NCBI GenBank assembly: GCA_951406725.2
Contig: OX597822.1
Span: 27,218,001 to 27,282,000, forward strand
Direction: 5' to 3'
Length of the DNA: 64,000 bases
Source of the DNA: Octopus vulgaris
Taxonomy: Eukaryota
Shown here piece after piece: positions 12,813 to 25,504 of the stretch. The notes beneath the pieces were generated by a model. That model saw only the letters and a program-made list of their open reading frames with translations, ran no database searches and was not told where the DNA came from. The translations under genes were made by a program, and so were the position numbers. How positions within the stretch are numbered: position 1 is the first letter of the stretch; the number at the start of each line of letters is the position of its first letter.

Positions 12813-14004
12813 TTTATGTTTTTGATAAATTTCTTTTTCAATATTGGAGCCGGGTACTAACAAGCAGCAAAAATGATTGATGTTGTTGGTGCTTAATCCC
12901 AAGACAGCGCCTGTAGTTTTCCTACATGTAGGAACCCAGGTCACATTACCCAACGGGTTTCTATCCCTAATATATATTTTTTATTTTCTTGAGACGGCAA
13001 ATGTGTGATATGAGAAAGAGAAAGATTGCGGTTATTTCTAGCAGTAGGATAAGAGAGAAAACATCCCTCAAACCAGAGACCGAAACTGAATGCTTGCAAC
13101 AGGTGGAATCCTCAGAGGTACCAAAATCCATGTAATATTGTTAAACTAGACGCCTTTAATGGCGTCTGCTCATTTACGAGCATTCTCTGAGAATGCGAAT
13201 GCGAATGAGTGAAAGTATACTAAAGCGAATAACCTTTTTGTCTGTCTGGATTGTATTGAATAATGTGAGTTTGAATGTAAGAGCACTATTCCAGAAGCTA
13301 CTGTGATTCACGTTTGTAATGTAACTAAAAATTAGTAAAATGTTGTCAGATATTGCATGGTTACGTCAGAAAGAACAGGACAGTGCCAGCTACCCTCTGT
13401 GAAATCTAACGGGCCTTCTCGTGAGTGCCTAGAGAATAAGAAGAATATAGGGCAACGGTTTCCAAACTGTGGTCTTCAAACCTATTTTGTCTGCAAAAAT
13501 AGTACTAGAGATTCGTGAGTTAAATTCTAAGTGTCAAGTTTGTTGAAATTACTCATGATAAGGCTGATAAAATAAAGCTGAAAATTTCAAAGCAATTTCC
13601 CATTCTAGAGATATAACCTATATCTTTTTAGACCCTTTTAAAGACATGTTCTATGTTCAAAACTCAGTTCCACTGAATCTGAAATTCAGATCATAGTATC
13701 AGCAAGACAATGTGATATAGGACCAAAGTCGGCTAAGGCAGACCAATCCGCTTCATGTGTTGGTGTAATTAAGACCGGTAGTTGCTCATGTATGCAAATC
13801 TACCTTCTGTACACCACCAGTGATTGTCCAAAGAAAGGCCATTGAATGGTGGGGAAACCAGTGTTGTTGTAAGCGTTGCTGTTAGAACGCAAGGAGTCGA
13901 GAGATTCCACAAAGCATCATTTTGAAACTATTTCACAGTATCAACCATCTTATTATACAGCTGGTTTTTGTTTAATACTGGTATATATTATTTAGTTGCC
14001 TATG

Positions 14005-14222
14005 AAGGCGGCGAGTTTGTAGAACTGATAGTGCGTCGAACAAAATGCTTAGTAATATTTCTTCTTACTCTTTATATTATGAGTTCACATTTCACCGAGG
14101 TCGACTTTCCCTTTCATCCTTTCGGGATCGACAAAATAAGTACCAGTCGAGCACCGAGGTTTATGAAATTCTCTTTCCACTCACTACAAAATTGCTAGCC
14201 ATGCGCCAACATCTGAAACCAT
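14005..14222 (+). mobile_element. SINE family B, degraded
   Basis: AAGGCGGCGAG...GAGTTCAC...CCGAGGTCGACTTTCCCTTTCATCCTTTCGGGATCGAC. Confidence 0.75.
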
Positions 14223-14569
14223 TTAGGTGAATGTACTAACTGAGACTTAAAATTGGAAAAAAAAAGAAAAGAAAGTTAGTTGCAAAAATCAGTCATCAGC
14301 GAGAGAATTTGTTTCAATAGTAGCGAGTTCTTGATAATGAAATGGTGCGGAATATGAACTCTCATTCGAATGCTTCCAAAAGAATGAACTCAGCTAAGAT
14401 CATGCAACGACCAATGTTAAACAGGTGGGTTTATGAGACTTACACAACTTGCTTGTAAATGTTGGACGAAAAATAAAACAACACACTCAGCAGACACACA
14501 CATGTATACGTATGCATATATGTATGCACGCAAGTATATATTTAATCCAGTACATCTTGTCGCATTGCC

Positions 14570-14790
14570 GGCTGTTGGCGACTAAGGCAGCTACCCTACC
14601 GAGTTACCTAGTCAGGCTGTTGGCGACTAAACCAGCTACCCTACCAAATTACCTAGTCAGGCTGTAAGCGACTAAACCAGCTACCCTACCGAGTTACTTA
14701 GTCGGGTTGTTGGCGACTAAACCAGCTACCCTACCAAGTTGTCTAATCGGGTTGTTCGTGACTAAACCAACTACCCTAGCAAGTTACCTC
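14570..14790 (+). repeat. 45-bp minisatellite, ~5 copies
   Basis: Unit GGCTGTTGGCGACTAAACCAGCTACCCTACCGAGTTACCTAGTCA starts at 14570, 14615, 14660, 14705 and 14750. Confidence 0.92.
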
Positions 14791-14951
14791 GTTCGACACC
14801 TTACACAAAGTAAAACAAAACCTGTCTAAAGGCGGATGAACTCAGTCATCCAACAACTGGAAGTGAGAGACCCTTGTTTTTGTATAGACACCTCTCTAGA
14901 AGTAAAAGTCTGATGTAGCAATTACGACTTGGTTTGCGTCCAGTGCCTATA

Positions 14952-15110
14952 AAAGCGGTGAGCTTGTAGAACTGATAGTGCGTCGACTGTGCCTCTCATC
15001 CTTTCGGGGGTCGATAAAATAAGTACCAGTTGAAACACTGGAGTCAATGTAATCGACTAGTCCCCTCCCCATAAATTTCAGGCCCTGTGTTTTTAGTAGA
15101 AGGATTATTA
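14952..15110 (+). mobile_element. SINE family B, internally deleted
   Basis: Head GCGGTGAGCTTGTAGAA joined to CATCCTTTCGGGGGTCGATAAAATAAGTACCAG, then tail ...GTAGAAGGATTATTATT. Confidence 0.75.
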
Positions 15111-15113
15111 TTA

Positions 15114-15370
15114 TTGGGTTGGTGCATAATTATGGCAGCTTTTTTTTAACAAATTTTATTCAACAAAAACCATAACAGCATGTAACATAGACATGTTTAA
15201 ATGATTATTCCGGAGAATATTCACCATCTACTTCAATTACTGCTTCCCATTTGCTTGGCAGACGGTCAGACCATCTTTTCAAGACGCTTTTGTTAAATAT
15301 TGTTATTGTTTTTGTTGAATAAAATTTGCCGACCCCCCCCCCCCACAAAAAAAATTATGCACCAACCCAA
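15114..15370 (-). mobile_element. mariner-derived MITE
   Basis: TIRs TTGGGTTGGTGCATAATT / AATTATGCACCAACCCAA flanked by TA. Minus strand encodes SDRLPSKWEAVIEVDGEYSPE*, a mariner transposase C-terminus. Confidence 0.88.
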
Positions 15371-15383
15371 TACTATCACTATT

Positions 15384-15604
15384 AAGGCGGCGAGCTAGCA
15401 GAATCGTTAGCACGCCGGGCGAAATGCTTCGAGGTATTTCGTCTGCAGCTACGTTCAGAGTTCAAATTCCGCCAAGGTCGACTTTGCTTTCATCCTTTCG
15501 GGGTCGATAAATTAAGTACCAGTAAAGTATTGGGGTCGATGTAATCGACCATGCCCCTCCCCACAAATTCCAAGCCTTGTGCCTATAGTAGAAAGGATTA
15601 TTAT
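15384..15604 (+). mobile_element. SINE family B, full length with TSD
   Basis: Full head and central domain; 10-bp TSD TATCACTATT at 15374-15383 and 15605-15614. Confidence 0.9.
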
Positions 15605-15889
15605 TATCACTATTGGCTAAAGAACTCCATCTGAAAGTGATCCAAATAATTGACTTTCACTATACTCACACCCAAACAGACCCATACACACACATCGATT
15701 ACAGGTCGTGAACGAAGGGTGTATGAATGTACTTATTTAGAAATGCGAATACTCAAAACTAGGCTTAATATAAGGAGTACCACATGCATGCTCTTGAATC
15801 TAAAAACAACACATTCCATGATAAACCATCAGCTCTCTACACCACAACCAGAACTACCAGCAGAGCAATCGTTACCAGTACATCCATAA

Positions 15890-16555
15890 CCATTTACCCT
15901 CCACCCCACCCCACCCCACCACTACCATCACATCTACCACCACCACCACTACCACTTCCTCCACAACCGTCTCAGCCATAACTATAACCACTGCACCACC
16001 GCCGCCTCCACAATAGTCATTACCATCCTCATTATACGCACAACAATCACCACCTCGACTGCAATTAATATCTCCACAACTGGTATCACTACAACCCAAA
16101 CCATCACTAACACCACAACCACCACAATCGCCACAACAACTGTCACCACAGCTAACACCACCACTACAGCACCACCACCACCACCACAACCACAACCACC
16201 CACCACCAAAAGTAACTACTACTACTAACTACTACTACTACTATTACTACTACAACAACTACTACTACCTACTTCCATTACAGCAGTTCAACTGCAATCT
16301 CATTCACCACAAACACCACCACAACCAGGACTACAAACCACTGACACTACCACCACCACCACCACCACCACTGTCACAACCAGAACTATAATTCAAGCTA
16401 CAGCTGGCACCTCCACCATCGCCGCAGCCGCCACCGGCATCACCAGCGCCATCACCATCCCAACAGAAAGTACCACCACAACCACAACCTCAAGTGCGTT
16501 TAAAACCAGCTAGACCACCACCAGCACTATCACCACGACTACTACAGCCATTAAC
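15890..16555. repeat. Degenerate (CAC/CAA/CTA)n low-complexity region
   Basis: Direct reading. Confidence 0.9.
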
Positions 16556-16682
16556 ACATCCATTGTTATATCTGAAGTATTAATATTAATATTTCTGACA
16601 CCATAAATAACAAAGACCAACAAAAAAAAAAACAAAAGACAAAAAAAACAAAAGACAAAAACAAGTAGCATCAAGATTTCAG

Positions 16683-16691
16683 TATATATGA

Positions 16692-16723
<32 letters not shown>

Positions 16724-16936
16724 CATGCATGTATGTATGCATATATATATATACACACATGCATGTATGTATGCATATATATATATATAAAAATATATAT
16801 ATATATACACATATATGTATGCATATATATATATATATATATACACACATGCATGTATGTATGCATATATATATATATTATATATATATATGCATATATA
16901 CATATATACATATATATATACACATGCATGTATGTA

Positions 16937-16989
<53 letters not shown>

Positions 16990-17003
16990 TTATATATATA
17001 TAT

Positions 17004-17053
<50 letters not shown>
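16683..17053. repeat. (TA)n with repeated CACATGCATGTATGTATGCAT higher-order unit
   Basis: About 4 copies of the ATGCATGTATGTATGCAT motif embedded in (TA)n. Confidence 0.9.
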
Positions 17054-17056
<3 letters not shown>

Positions 17057-17295
17057 CCCTGTTGTACTCTTTTATCACAACTTTTTCTCGCTCTTTCTTC
17101 CTGTTTCTGAGTCGTACCTGTACATCAAAGGGCCAGTCTTGTCACACCCTGTGTCACGCTGATTCTCCCCTCGAACTACGTTAAGGGCACGCGTGACTGT
17201 GGAGTACTCAGCCTCTTGCACATTAATTTCACGAGCAGGCTGTTCAGTTGATCGGATCAACTGGATCCTTTGTCGTCGTAACCGAAGGAGTGCCA
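17057..17295 (+). mobile_element. SINE family C, 5'-truncated, tail type 1
   Basis: CCCTGTTGTACTC...AAAGGGCCAG...CACGAGCAGGCTGTTC...CGTAACCGAAGGAGTGC matches the copy at 46907. Confidence 0.88.
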
Positions 17296-17300
17296 CGATA

Positions 17301-17400
<100 letters not shown>

Positions 17401-18161
17401 ACACGAGGCGTAGTCGAATAAGTAAAGCAGCGACATCAAAAGCAACAGAAAGTAGCAGGAAGAGAAGCAACGGCTGAACTAACCAGGTAGTTTTTATGTA
17501 AGTTCTCAACCTACAAGAAACAACAGCCAAATTCTACTCACTTCGCGTTTCTACTAGCTTGAAAAATATACAAAAACAATTATGGACTCATTGCATGATC
17601 TAGTCCTGGACAATCCAAACTTTAAATAGAAATAATAAAAAAACAAAACAAAACAAAAGAAGACCAAATGATGATAGCTGGACCAGGATTTACCAAGGGT
17701 TACATAAGCAACAACAACAACAAGAACAGAGTAGCAACAACAACAACATCAGCAGCGGTATCATATAAGCCTATTATCGTTTAAATACTCTGTGCCTCGG
17801 TGCTAACGAAGCCAGTTACGTGATCGGCTGTAATAGTACATGTTGTCATGGAAACGCTGTAACCAGCATCAAGCAGAGCTCTTGAGCAACGTTCACACGA
17901 AACAACGCATGCACATAAATGCATACACATGCTTACATACCTATATGAACACATACATGCATGCATGCATACATACATACATACATACATACATACATAC
18001 ATACATACCTATCTACCTGCTTATCTACCTACCCACATGCATACATACAGTAAACTATTTACTTACATCAAACCATATATTCAGACAATGGATGTATTTA
18101 TATATATATACCGACTGAGGAAGTGTGTGTGTATATGTGTGTATGTGTGAGTGTGTGTATG

Positions 18162-18917
18162 CAGGGTTGGCCAAAAGTCCCCCAACAGCAAATCAAAATT
18201 CCATAAATAAATTCAACTTTATTTATTCATTCCAATTATAAATCTATATATATAAAACTCTAGTTGTGTGAGTGTCTGTCCCCTTCGATTTAGATTCCTA
18301 ACTACTCCCACATTTTGCGGTGCAGTTTAACCAAATTCGGGTATCTTATAGTCGTGATTCATATCGAGCCCGTCTGGCTATTAGCGCGCGTCAACGATGA
18401 GTCTACGATTTTAAAAATAATTTAACATCATTTCTTATTCCATATTAATGCATAATTTTTCGTGTGTCGATGGCGGTGGAGTTGGCGTCTACTCTCAAAC
18501 ACCTGCACCTGTGTTTGCTTCTCCCCCTTCTTCCCTCCCTCGTGAAGCTGTGGGGAAGGGAGTGTAAGGAAATCAACGTCGAAAAGCGTTGTCAAAGAGA
18601 CCAGCGTTCTTTTAGAACAACGACTTCATGGCTTGAAGACACCAAAACAGAAATGGCTAAGAAAGCCCGAATTGGCATCTATAAGGGAAGTAACTCTCTA
18701 AAAATGCTTATATAGTTATTTCCCTTACAAACCCGAGCAACGCCGGGCGATACTGCTAGTGTTTAATAATTGAATGTTCTGAGTTAAAATCACCGTTTTT
18801 CTTTTTCAATATTTGTCCATTTATTAGCGCAGTCTCATTAAAATAATATTTTTTTCTTTTAATCTTGGAATTAATTGGTCTTTTGATTTACTGTCAGGTG
18901 ACTTTTGGCCAACTCTT
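18162..18917. mobile_element. Tc1/mariner-like MITE interrupted by a Helitron
   Basis: Imperfect ~27-bp TIRs CAGGGTTGGCCAAAAGTCCCCCAACAG and CTGTCAGGTGACTTTTGGCCAACTCTT, the latter followed by TA. Confidence 0.7.
18243..18759 (+). mobile_element. Non-autonomous Helitron, copy 1 (517 bp)
   Basis: 5' TC, 3' hairpin CCCG-AGCAACGC-CGGG then CTAG, inserted between A and T with no TSD; near-identical copy at 36616. Confidence 0.92.
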
Positions 18918-18959
18918 TATAAAGTGTGTGCATATATAAAGCGAGCTTTATAAAGTGTG

Positions 18960-19318
18960 TTCAGTCCCACTGCGTGGCACCTTGGGCAGGTGTCTTCTAC
19001 TATAGCCTCGGGCTGACCAAAGCCTTGTGAGTGGATTTGGTAGACGGACACTGAAAGAAGCCCTTCGTATATATGTATGTATATATATATATATATGTGT
19101 GTGTGAGTTTGTGTTTCTGTGTTTGTCCTCCCAACATCACTTGACAACCGATGCTGGTGTGTTTACGTCCCCGTAACTTAGCGGTTCGGCAAAAGACACC
19201 GATAGAATAAGTACAGGCTTGCAAAAGAATAAGTCGTGGAGTCGATTTCCTCGACTAAAGGCGGTGCTCCAGCATGGCCGCAGTCAAATGACTGAAACAA
19301 GTAAAGGAGTAAAAGAGT
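18960..19318 (+). mobile_element. SINE family A, 5'-truncated
   Basis: Runs from GTTCAGTCCCACTGCGTGG to GACTGAAACAAGTAAA. Confidence 0.9.
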
Positions 19319-19409
19319 ATAAGAGTATATATCTTTTATCATTTATCCATCACGTGTTTCGGCCAGAGGCTAAGGTCATGCTGGGGCACCACCTTTCAGT
19401 GTAATTGGG

Positions 19410-19960
19410 TGTCTTTTCTGTACTGTTTCTGGTGAAGTAGCGAGTTGGATTTGGCTGCTCTTTTTTTGTACCTCTCACCGCGATGTCGGTTCACATGGTA
19501 TCTGAGATAAAAATTTCTCCAGATGCTCTTTGAAGATCGCCACATCTACACCTCGCAAATCTCTGAGGCTGTTGGCAGAATGTTGTGTGGTTGTGGACCC
19601 TAAAGCTGTTATAATACTGAGTCCTTATTCTAGATGGAGAAGACGGGATCTTTGGTACTATGCAGTACTGTCCAGTTCGGTGGTTGGTATAGCTTTTAGT
19701 TCCGAACCTGGGAGTTGCAGCATCCAGGATCTTCTATATGTACATCAATGCACATTTTTCACGTCTTCTCTCTAGAGAGAAGAGATTCTGTTTCTTTACC
19801 CCTCCCAGGAAGTCGTTTCACCGAGTCTACTCTCTTTGTGAAGTGGATTGCCTCAAATTCAAAGCACAGATTGGAGCTTCTTAGTGATCATTGTTGGGAG
19901 CAGTAATCCTGACGACTGAAAACGAAAGGTTTCCATAGGAGTAGCATGATACTCTTTTTC
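19410..19960 (-). mobile_element. CR1-like LINE 3' fragment (decayed)
   Basis: Minus translation fragments DYCSQ, HFTKR and RDLRGVDVAIFKEHLEKFLSQIPCEP, typical of the CR1 ORF2 C-terminus (FK..LD.FL..+PDEP). Confidence 0.72.
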
Positions 19961-20000
19961 CTGGTTCTGAATGATCTCAGAATCTAATCGGCTACTAGCC

Positions 20001-20077
<77 letters not shown>

Positions 20078-20824
20078 CCTATCTGTTTGTCTGTCTGTCT
20101 ATCCATCTATCTATCTGTCTGTCTGTCTATCTGAATGATCTCAGAATCTAACCAACTACTCACCATCGATCTATCTATCTGTCTACATGTCTGTCTGTCT
20201 ATCTGTCAGTCTGTTTGTCCGTCCGTCCGTCCATCCATTCTATCTATCTATCTATCTACCTCTCCTTCTCCCTCTCTTCTTCTTTCTCATATATATATAC
20301 ATACACATACATATGCGTATTCAAACATATAGACATACGATAAATCTTACCACATATACACTCTTAATATTCAGACAATAAATATATTGAACTATATATT
20401 ACAACACAATGAAAACGGTTATATAAAATATAAGTATTTTTACCTCATTTATATCATGTATAGTTAAACACACCCGTGCGCGTGTATGTATAGTGTAAAT
20501 ACATTTACCTCGATTTCAACGATGATTATTGAAGTTTATTCAATCAGTAACCACTCTTGAATAATATTACGAATGATTGAATAATGCTCCATACACAGGG
20601 GCCTCTTTTAACGCACTTCTAAGGCTGAATCAGCGTGAAATACGTGTGTGACAAGGACCACCCTTCTATGAACTTTCAGAGTAGAAGACCGTAAGGCTTG
20701 CAGGTTGGTTAAATAGGTTTTGAATGCGAATTGGGGTTGCATTTCCTTGCGTACTGTTTCCCCATATACAAACAATCCATTTTAGATCTTTTGATATGAT
20801 CGTTTATTTACACATACCTTTATA

Positions 20825-21210
20825 GGCGCAGGAGTGGCTGTGTGGTAAGTAGCTTGCTTACGAACCACATGATTCTGGGTTCATTCCCACTGAGTGGCAC
20901 CTTGGGCAAGTGTCTTCTACTAAAGCCTCGGGTTGACCGAAGCTTTGTGAGTAGATTTCGTAGACGGAAACTGAAAGAAGCCCGTCGTATATATGTATGT
21001 GTGTATGTGTTTGTGTGTCTGTGTTTGTCCCTCCCCCCCCCCCCCAACATCGCTTGACAACCGATGCTGGTGAGTTTACGTCCCCGTTACTTAGCGGTTC
21101 GGCAAAATAGACCTATAGAATAAGTACTAGGCTTACAAAGAATAAGTCCTGGGTCGATTTGCTCGACTAAAGGCGGTGCTCCAGCATGGCCGCAGTCAAA
21201 TGACTGAAAC
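20825..21210 (+). mobile_element. SINE family A, full length
   Basis: A box TGGCTGTGTGG, B-box-like GGTTCATTCCC, CORE-like GGCACCTTGGGCAAGT, internal (TG)n and conserved tail. Confidence 0.92.
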
Positions 21211-21260
21211 GATCACATACGCACACACACACACATGTACACACGCACACAAAATGTATA

Positions 21261-21303
<43 letters not shown>

Positions 21304-21318
21304 AGGTTCTGTCTCTTA

Positions 21319-21358
<40 letters not shown>

Positions 21359-21371
21359 TATATATATATAT

Positions 21372-21413
<42 letters not shown>

Positions 21414-21424
21414 TGCTATGTCTC

Positions 21425-21619
21425 TTCGTTCGACGTCACTTCGTCAAACGCCTTTTCGTCCACGTCATTTCGTCCAATGATTTTTTTTGTCCAGCGACAA
21501 ATCCCATCAATAAAATTCTCAATAATTATTTGATTTTGATGTTCAACTTCTTCCCTGAAGAGGTTATTTAAAATTGGACAAAAAGTTGTTGAACCAAAAA
21601 ATCATTGGAATAAAAACGT

Positions 21620-21620
<1 letters not shown>
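21425..21620. mobile_element. Foldback-type MITE remnant with ~15-bp subterminal repeats
   Basis: About 5 tandem TTCGTCCA-like units on the left; inverted TTGGACAAAA / TTGAACCAAA / TTGGAATAAA units on the right. Confidence 0.5.
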
Positions 21621-21691
<71 letters not shown>

Positions 21692-21693
21692 AC

Positions 21694-21744
<51 letters not shown>

Positions 21745-21878
21745 ACGTTATATATATATATATATATATATATATACCAATAATAATAAAGGGTAAAATT
21801 AATTAATAATTAATAAGTTAACCAAGTACTTCGGTATGTTAAAAGAACCATTATCGGTAAACTTAACAAATCTTTTTA

Positions 21879-21924
<46 letters not shown>

Positions 21925-21925
<1 letters not shown>

Positions 21926-22349
21926 CGTAGGAGTGGCTGTGTGGTAAGTAGCTTGCTTACAAACCACATGGTTCCGGGTTCAGTCCACTGCGTGGCACTT
22001 TGGACAAGTGTCTTCTACTATAGTCTCGGGCCGACCCGAGACTATAGTAGAAGAGTGGATTTGGTAGGCGGAAACTGAAAGAAGCCTGTTGTATATATGT
22101 ATAATATATATGTATGTGTATGTGTATATGTTTGTGTGGTTGTGTTTGTACCCGCCAACATCGCTTGACAACCGATGCTGGTGTGTTTACGTCCCCGTAA
22201 CTTAGCGGTTCGGCAAAAGAGACCGATAGAATAAGTACTAGGCTTACAAAGAATAAGTCCCGGGGTCGATTTGCTCGAATAAGGCGGTGCAGCAGCATGG
22301 CCACAGTCAAATGACTGAAATAAGTAAAAGAGTAAAAAGAGTAAAGAGT
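21925..22349 (+). mobile_element. SINE family A, full length
   Basis: Same features as 20825, plus a small internal fold-back ACTATAGTCTCGGG-CCGA-CCCGAGACTATAGT. Confidence 0.92.
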
Positions 22350-22698
22350 ATATATATATATATATATACACACACACATACACATGTGCATGTGTATATA
22401 TATGAAAAGTGAAATAGTAAATGTACTCTCACTTTTCTTGTCTGGTCAATTTCTATACATATTCTTCTCTCTTGTGATTGCTGGGTTTTCCACTTTTCCT
22501 CTCGACAGCCACGCACCACGCGAATGGCTTCCGAGAGGGATCTATCTGATTCTTTGCATAGCTGTTGTTATTCCAGATATTTATGTATGCATGTACGTAT
22601 GTGATGTGTGTGTGTGTGTGTATGTTTTTTATGTATGCAAGTATATTTTAGTAGAAACTCAGAACATTTAATACATGTTTCAATGAATCGGCATCATA

Positions 22699-22914
22699 CG
22701 AGGAAGTGCTGAAAGGTTCCTGGTTTTGGGTAAAAGAAAATACAGGAGGATCAGTTAATTATGATTTTATCCAACACATTCCCTTCTCAGATTCACACAC
22801 TTATTGCAGTGTTCCTTCAGTTTTTTAAGGCCTGTAAAGGAATTTGGAAATTTGGCCCTCCAACCAGGCCATCCGCGATAACCTAACAGCCAGGAACTTT
22901 TCAGCACCCCCTCG
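22699..22914 (-). mobile_element. mariner-derived MITE
   Basis: TIRs CGAGGAAGTGCTGAAAGGTTCCTGG / CCAGGAACTTTTCAGCACCCCCTCG flanked by TA. Minus strand encodes FTGLKKLKEHCNKCVNLRRECVG*, similar to the mariner GI.KL..RW.KCV...GEYVE terminus. Confidence 0.85.
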
Positions 22915-23872
22915 TATTCTTCGGTATTTCGAGAAAAACCCCCCACAATATTCTAGTTGTTGTGTGTACCTGTAACACCAGAGCCACACAGATAATACGT
23001 GAATAACAACAAATAATTAAGACGATATAGTTTTTACCAAATAGAGAGAAAGTGGGAGGGGGGATATTCAGATCAGATCAAGAAAAAAATCGTAAACTAA
23101 TTTACGTATTTATGTATTTAAAAATTTTTTTTATCGTAATTATACATATGCATGCATTTGGGGTTCACATATGAATAATTTAACGTAGATAGGCAGGAAA
23201 AGTGTCCTTTATTCGAATTTAGATCTTTCGTCTTCAGTAAATGACTACATCTATTGTTGTCATGGTTTTTTTGTTTCAATACATGATCAAAGTCACTTCC
23301 CTTATGGCGTAGCAAACAAGATTTATCAACGCCCGAGGGTAGCAAAGACAGTTTAGAGGAACACCCACTTTGCCTAACAAGCATTACAGGTCCCAGGATA
23401 TGTTGCAATCCTTCTCATCAGCATTCGGGTGAGGCAGTGATTTCAGATTTCCCACAATTCACCTTACCTTTCGGTAACACCGCAACTGTTTTCCAATTTT
23501 TTTCAGTCCCAGACGGAGAAGAGAACTGGAAGCTATAGATTGGGATTTTCACAGTCATAGAACTTAATGTCTTCTGCTTTGAAGCTTTGAGAGTTAAGAG
23601 TTTGTTCTATGGATATAACGCCAAGTCGTAGACAAGATACGAATTTGATTTCAGAATTATGAACTTCAGTACAGATTGCATTTCAATGCAACCTGCTTAT
23701 TGTAATCCTGTCGAGCATATATTAAATAATAATATATAATTACAACTATTATTATAAAGGACATATTCGTGTCGCTCTTCACCCTAATTCACAGCCTTCG
23801 GATTTGTTTAGAAATTTGTAAATATGTGTGTGTGTGCGTGCGTATGTATACATGCATATATGTATGTGTGTG

Positions 23873-23920
<48 letters not shown>

Positions 23921-24670
23921 TGCAGGGTGAGAATGAGAGAGAGACAAGCAGGAAGACAAACATTTTTGTGGAGTTTATGTTAAGAAGCTGTAACGTCGGT
24001 GAGTTTTCCGGGTGTAATCATTTCACTTGCTTCGTTAATGACCTTTGGAAAGGCATGAATGTTACAAGTGTTATTCAACCTGCTGGCAAATACTTTTGAC
24101 CACGAAGGGTCATGCACCTGACCCCTTTTATCTCATTCGAACTTTTAATAGAAAACATGAATAATTTATTGATCCTTAAAATAAATGCAAAGGCTAAAAT
24201 ATTCTGTGGAATATGGCGGCATATGGTGGATTAAAAGCAATGATGTGGATTATTTGAACTTGTGCCATACCGATTTTCCCACGCAATGCCTTTAATGTAC
24301 GCATACATTATGTAATAAATCAATATATATGCACCCCATATATGCGTGTATATGTGTGTGCGTGTCAAATAAAATGAGACAACAAAACCATAAGAGCCGC
24401 ATTAGACTCTTCACTCGTATTATCATCGAACCGAGAGTCTAACTACGGTCCTCCCGTAGCACATACATAGCCTCATCTGCCATCTAGAGTCTTATATATA
24501 TATATGCGTGTATGTAAGGATATATACATATATAAATACACACATAATATGCCGGAATAACAAAGTGAGTCAAAGGTCGAGAATTCCGTACATGGCATTT
24601 GTGAAGCAGCTTCAATTTGCTAAGAAGAACGAAACTATCGGCCCTTAAGTCACATTGTAGGAACTAGCGA

Positions 24671-24739
<69 letters not shown>

Positions 24740-24747
24740 TATGTATA

Positions 24748-24782
<35 letters not shown>

Positions 24783-24954
24783 GCGTATATGCATACACAC
24801 ACACAAATATATACATAAGTATGTATATGTACATATGTATGTATGGTTTTAGTTGTGTCTATCAAGTTTGTACGTTAAAACCTACATGTGTGTGCATCTG
24901 CATGCTGGATATATATGTATATATTAATATAGAAAATAATTAACCGTCACAACC

Positions 24955-25152
24955 TCGCCAGTATGTGTAGCGTCCTGGACGAGACGTAACTCTGTCGCAG
25001 GATTACTCATTTTCGCTAGCTGAGTGGATAGGAGCAACGTGTAATGAAGAGATTTTTCAAGAACACACCGCATCGCCCGGTCCAAGAGTCGAGACCACAA
25101 TTTTACGATCATGACCCTAACCAACAGCATAACCAATAGGCAACACGCCTCC
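24955..25152 (-). mobile_element. SINE family D (tRNA head plus CORE-like body) with degraded tail type 3
   Basis: Minus strand GTGTTCTTGAAAAATC...ACGTTGCTCCTATCCACTCAGCT...CCTGCGACAGAGTTACGTCTCGTCCAGG; body matches 47480-47580, tail resembles 63110-63140. Confidence 0.65.
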
Positions 25153-25169
25153 ATATATATATAAACATA

Positions 25170-25239
<70 letters not shown>

Positions 25240-25504
25240 CCTACCTATGTAAGCATGCATGTATGTATGTATATATGTATGTTTGTATCTATCTATCTTT
25301 CTATCTAGACACACAAACATATACAAATGCACTCACATACACTCACTCATGCGCATACATAAAATTAATATAAATAGCGGGAAGCAATGTTTCACCAAAA
25401 AGGAGAATTATAATTGTCACTAAACGCAAAATCATCCATTAATTTGGATAACGAAAACATATATTAATAGAGAAGCAAGCCGAAGAAAGCCGAAATCGAA
25501 CAGG

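Noticed and set aside
13821-13841. miR-219-like start TGATTGTCCAAA
   Set aside because: Only the first 12 nt match and there is no convincing precursor hairpin.
14570-14790. CRISPR-like array
   Set aside because: Contiguous tandem units with no unique spacers, no cas genes, eukaryotic context.
18464-18715. 83-aa ORF conserved at two loci (also 36837-37088)
   Set aside because: Conservation simply reflects two young Helitron copies; GTG start, and many differences are non-synonymous.
23218-23241. Minus-strand CUGAAGA-C-GAAA-GAUC hammerhead-like string
   Set aside because: No helix II at all; plausible chance match.
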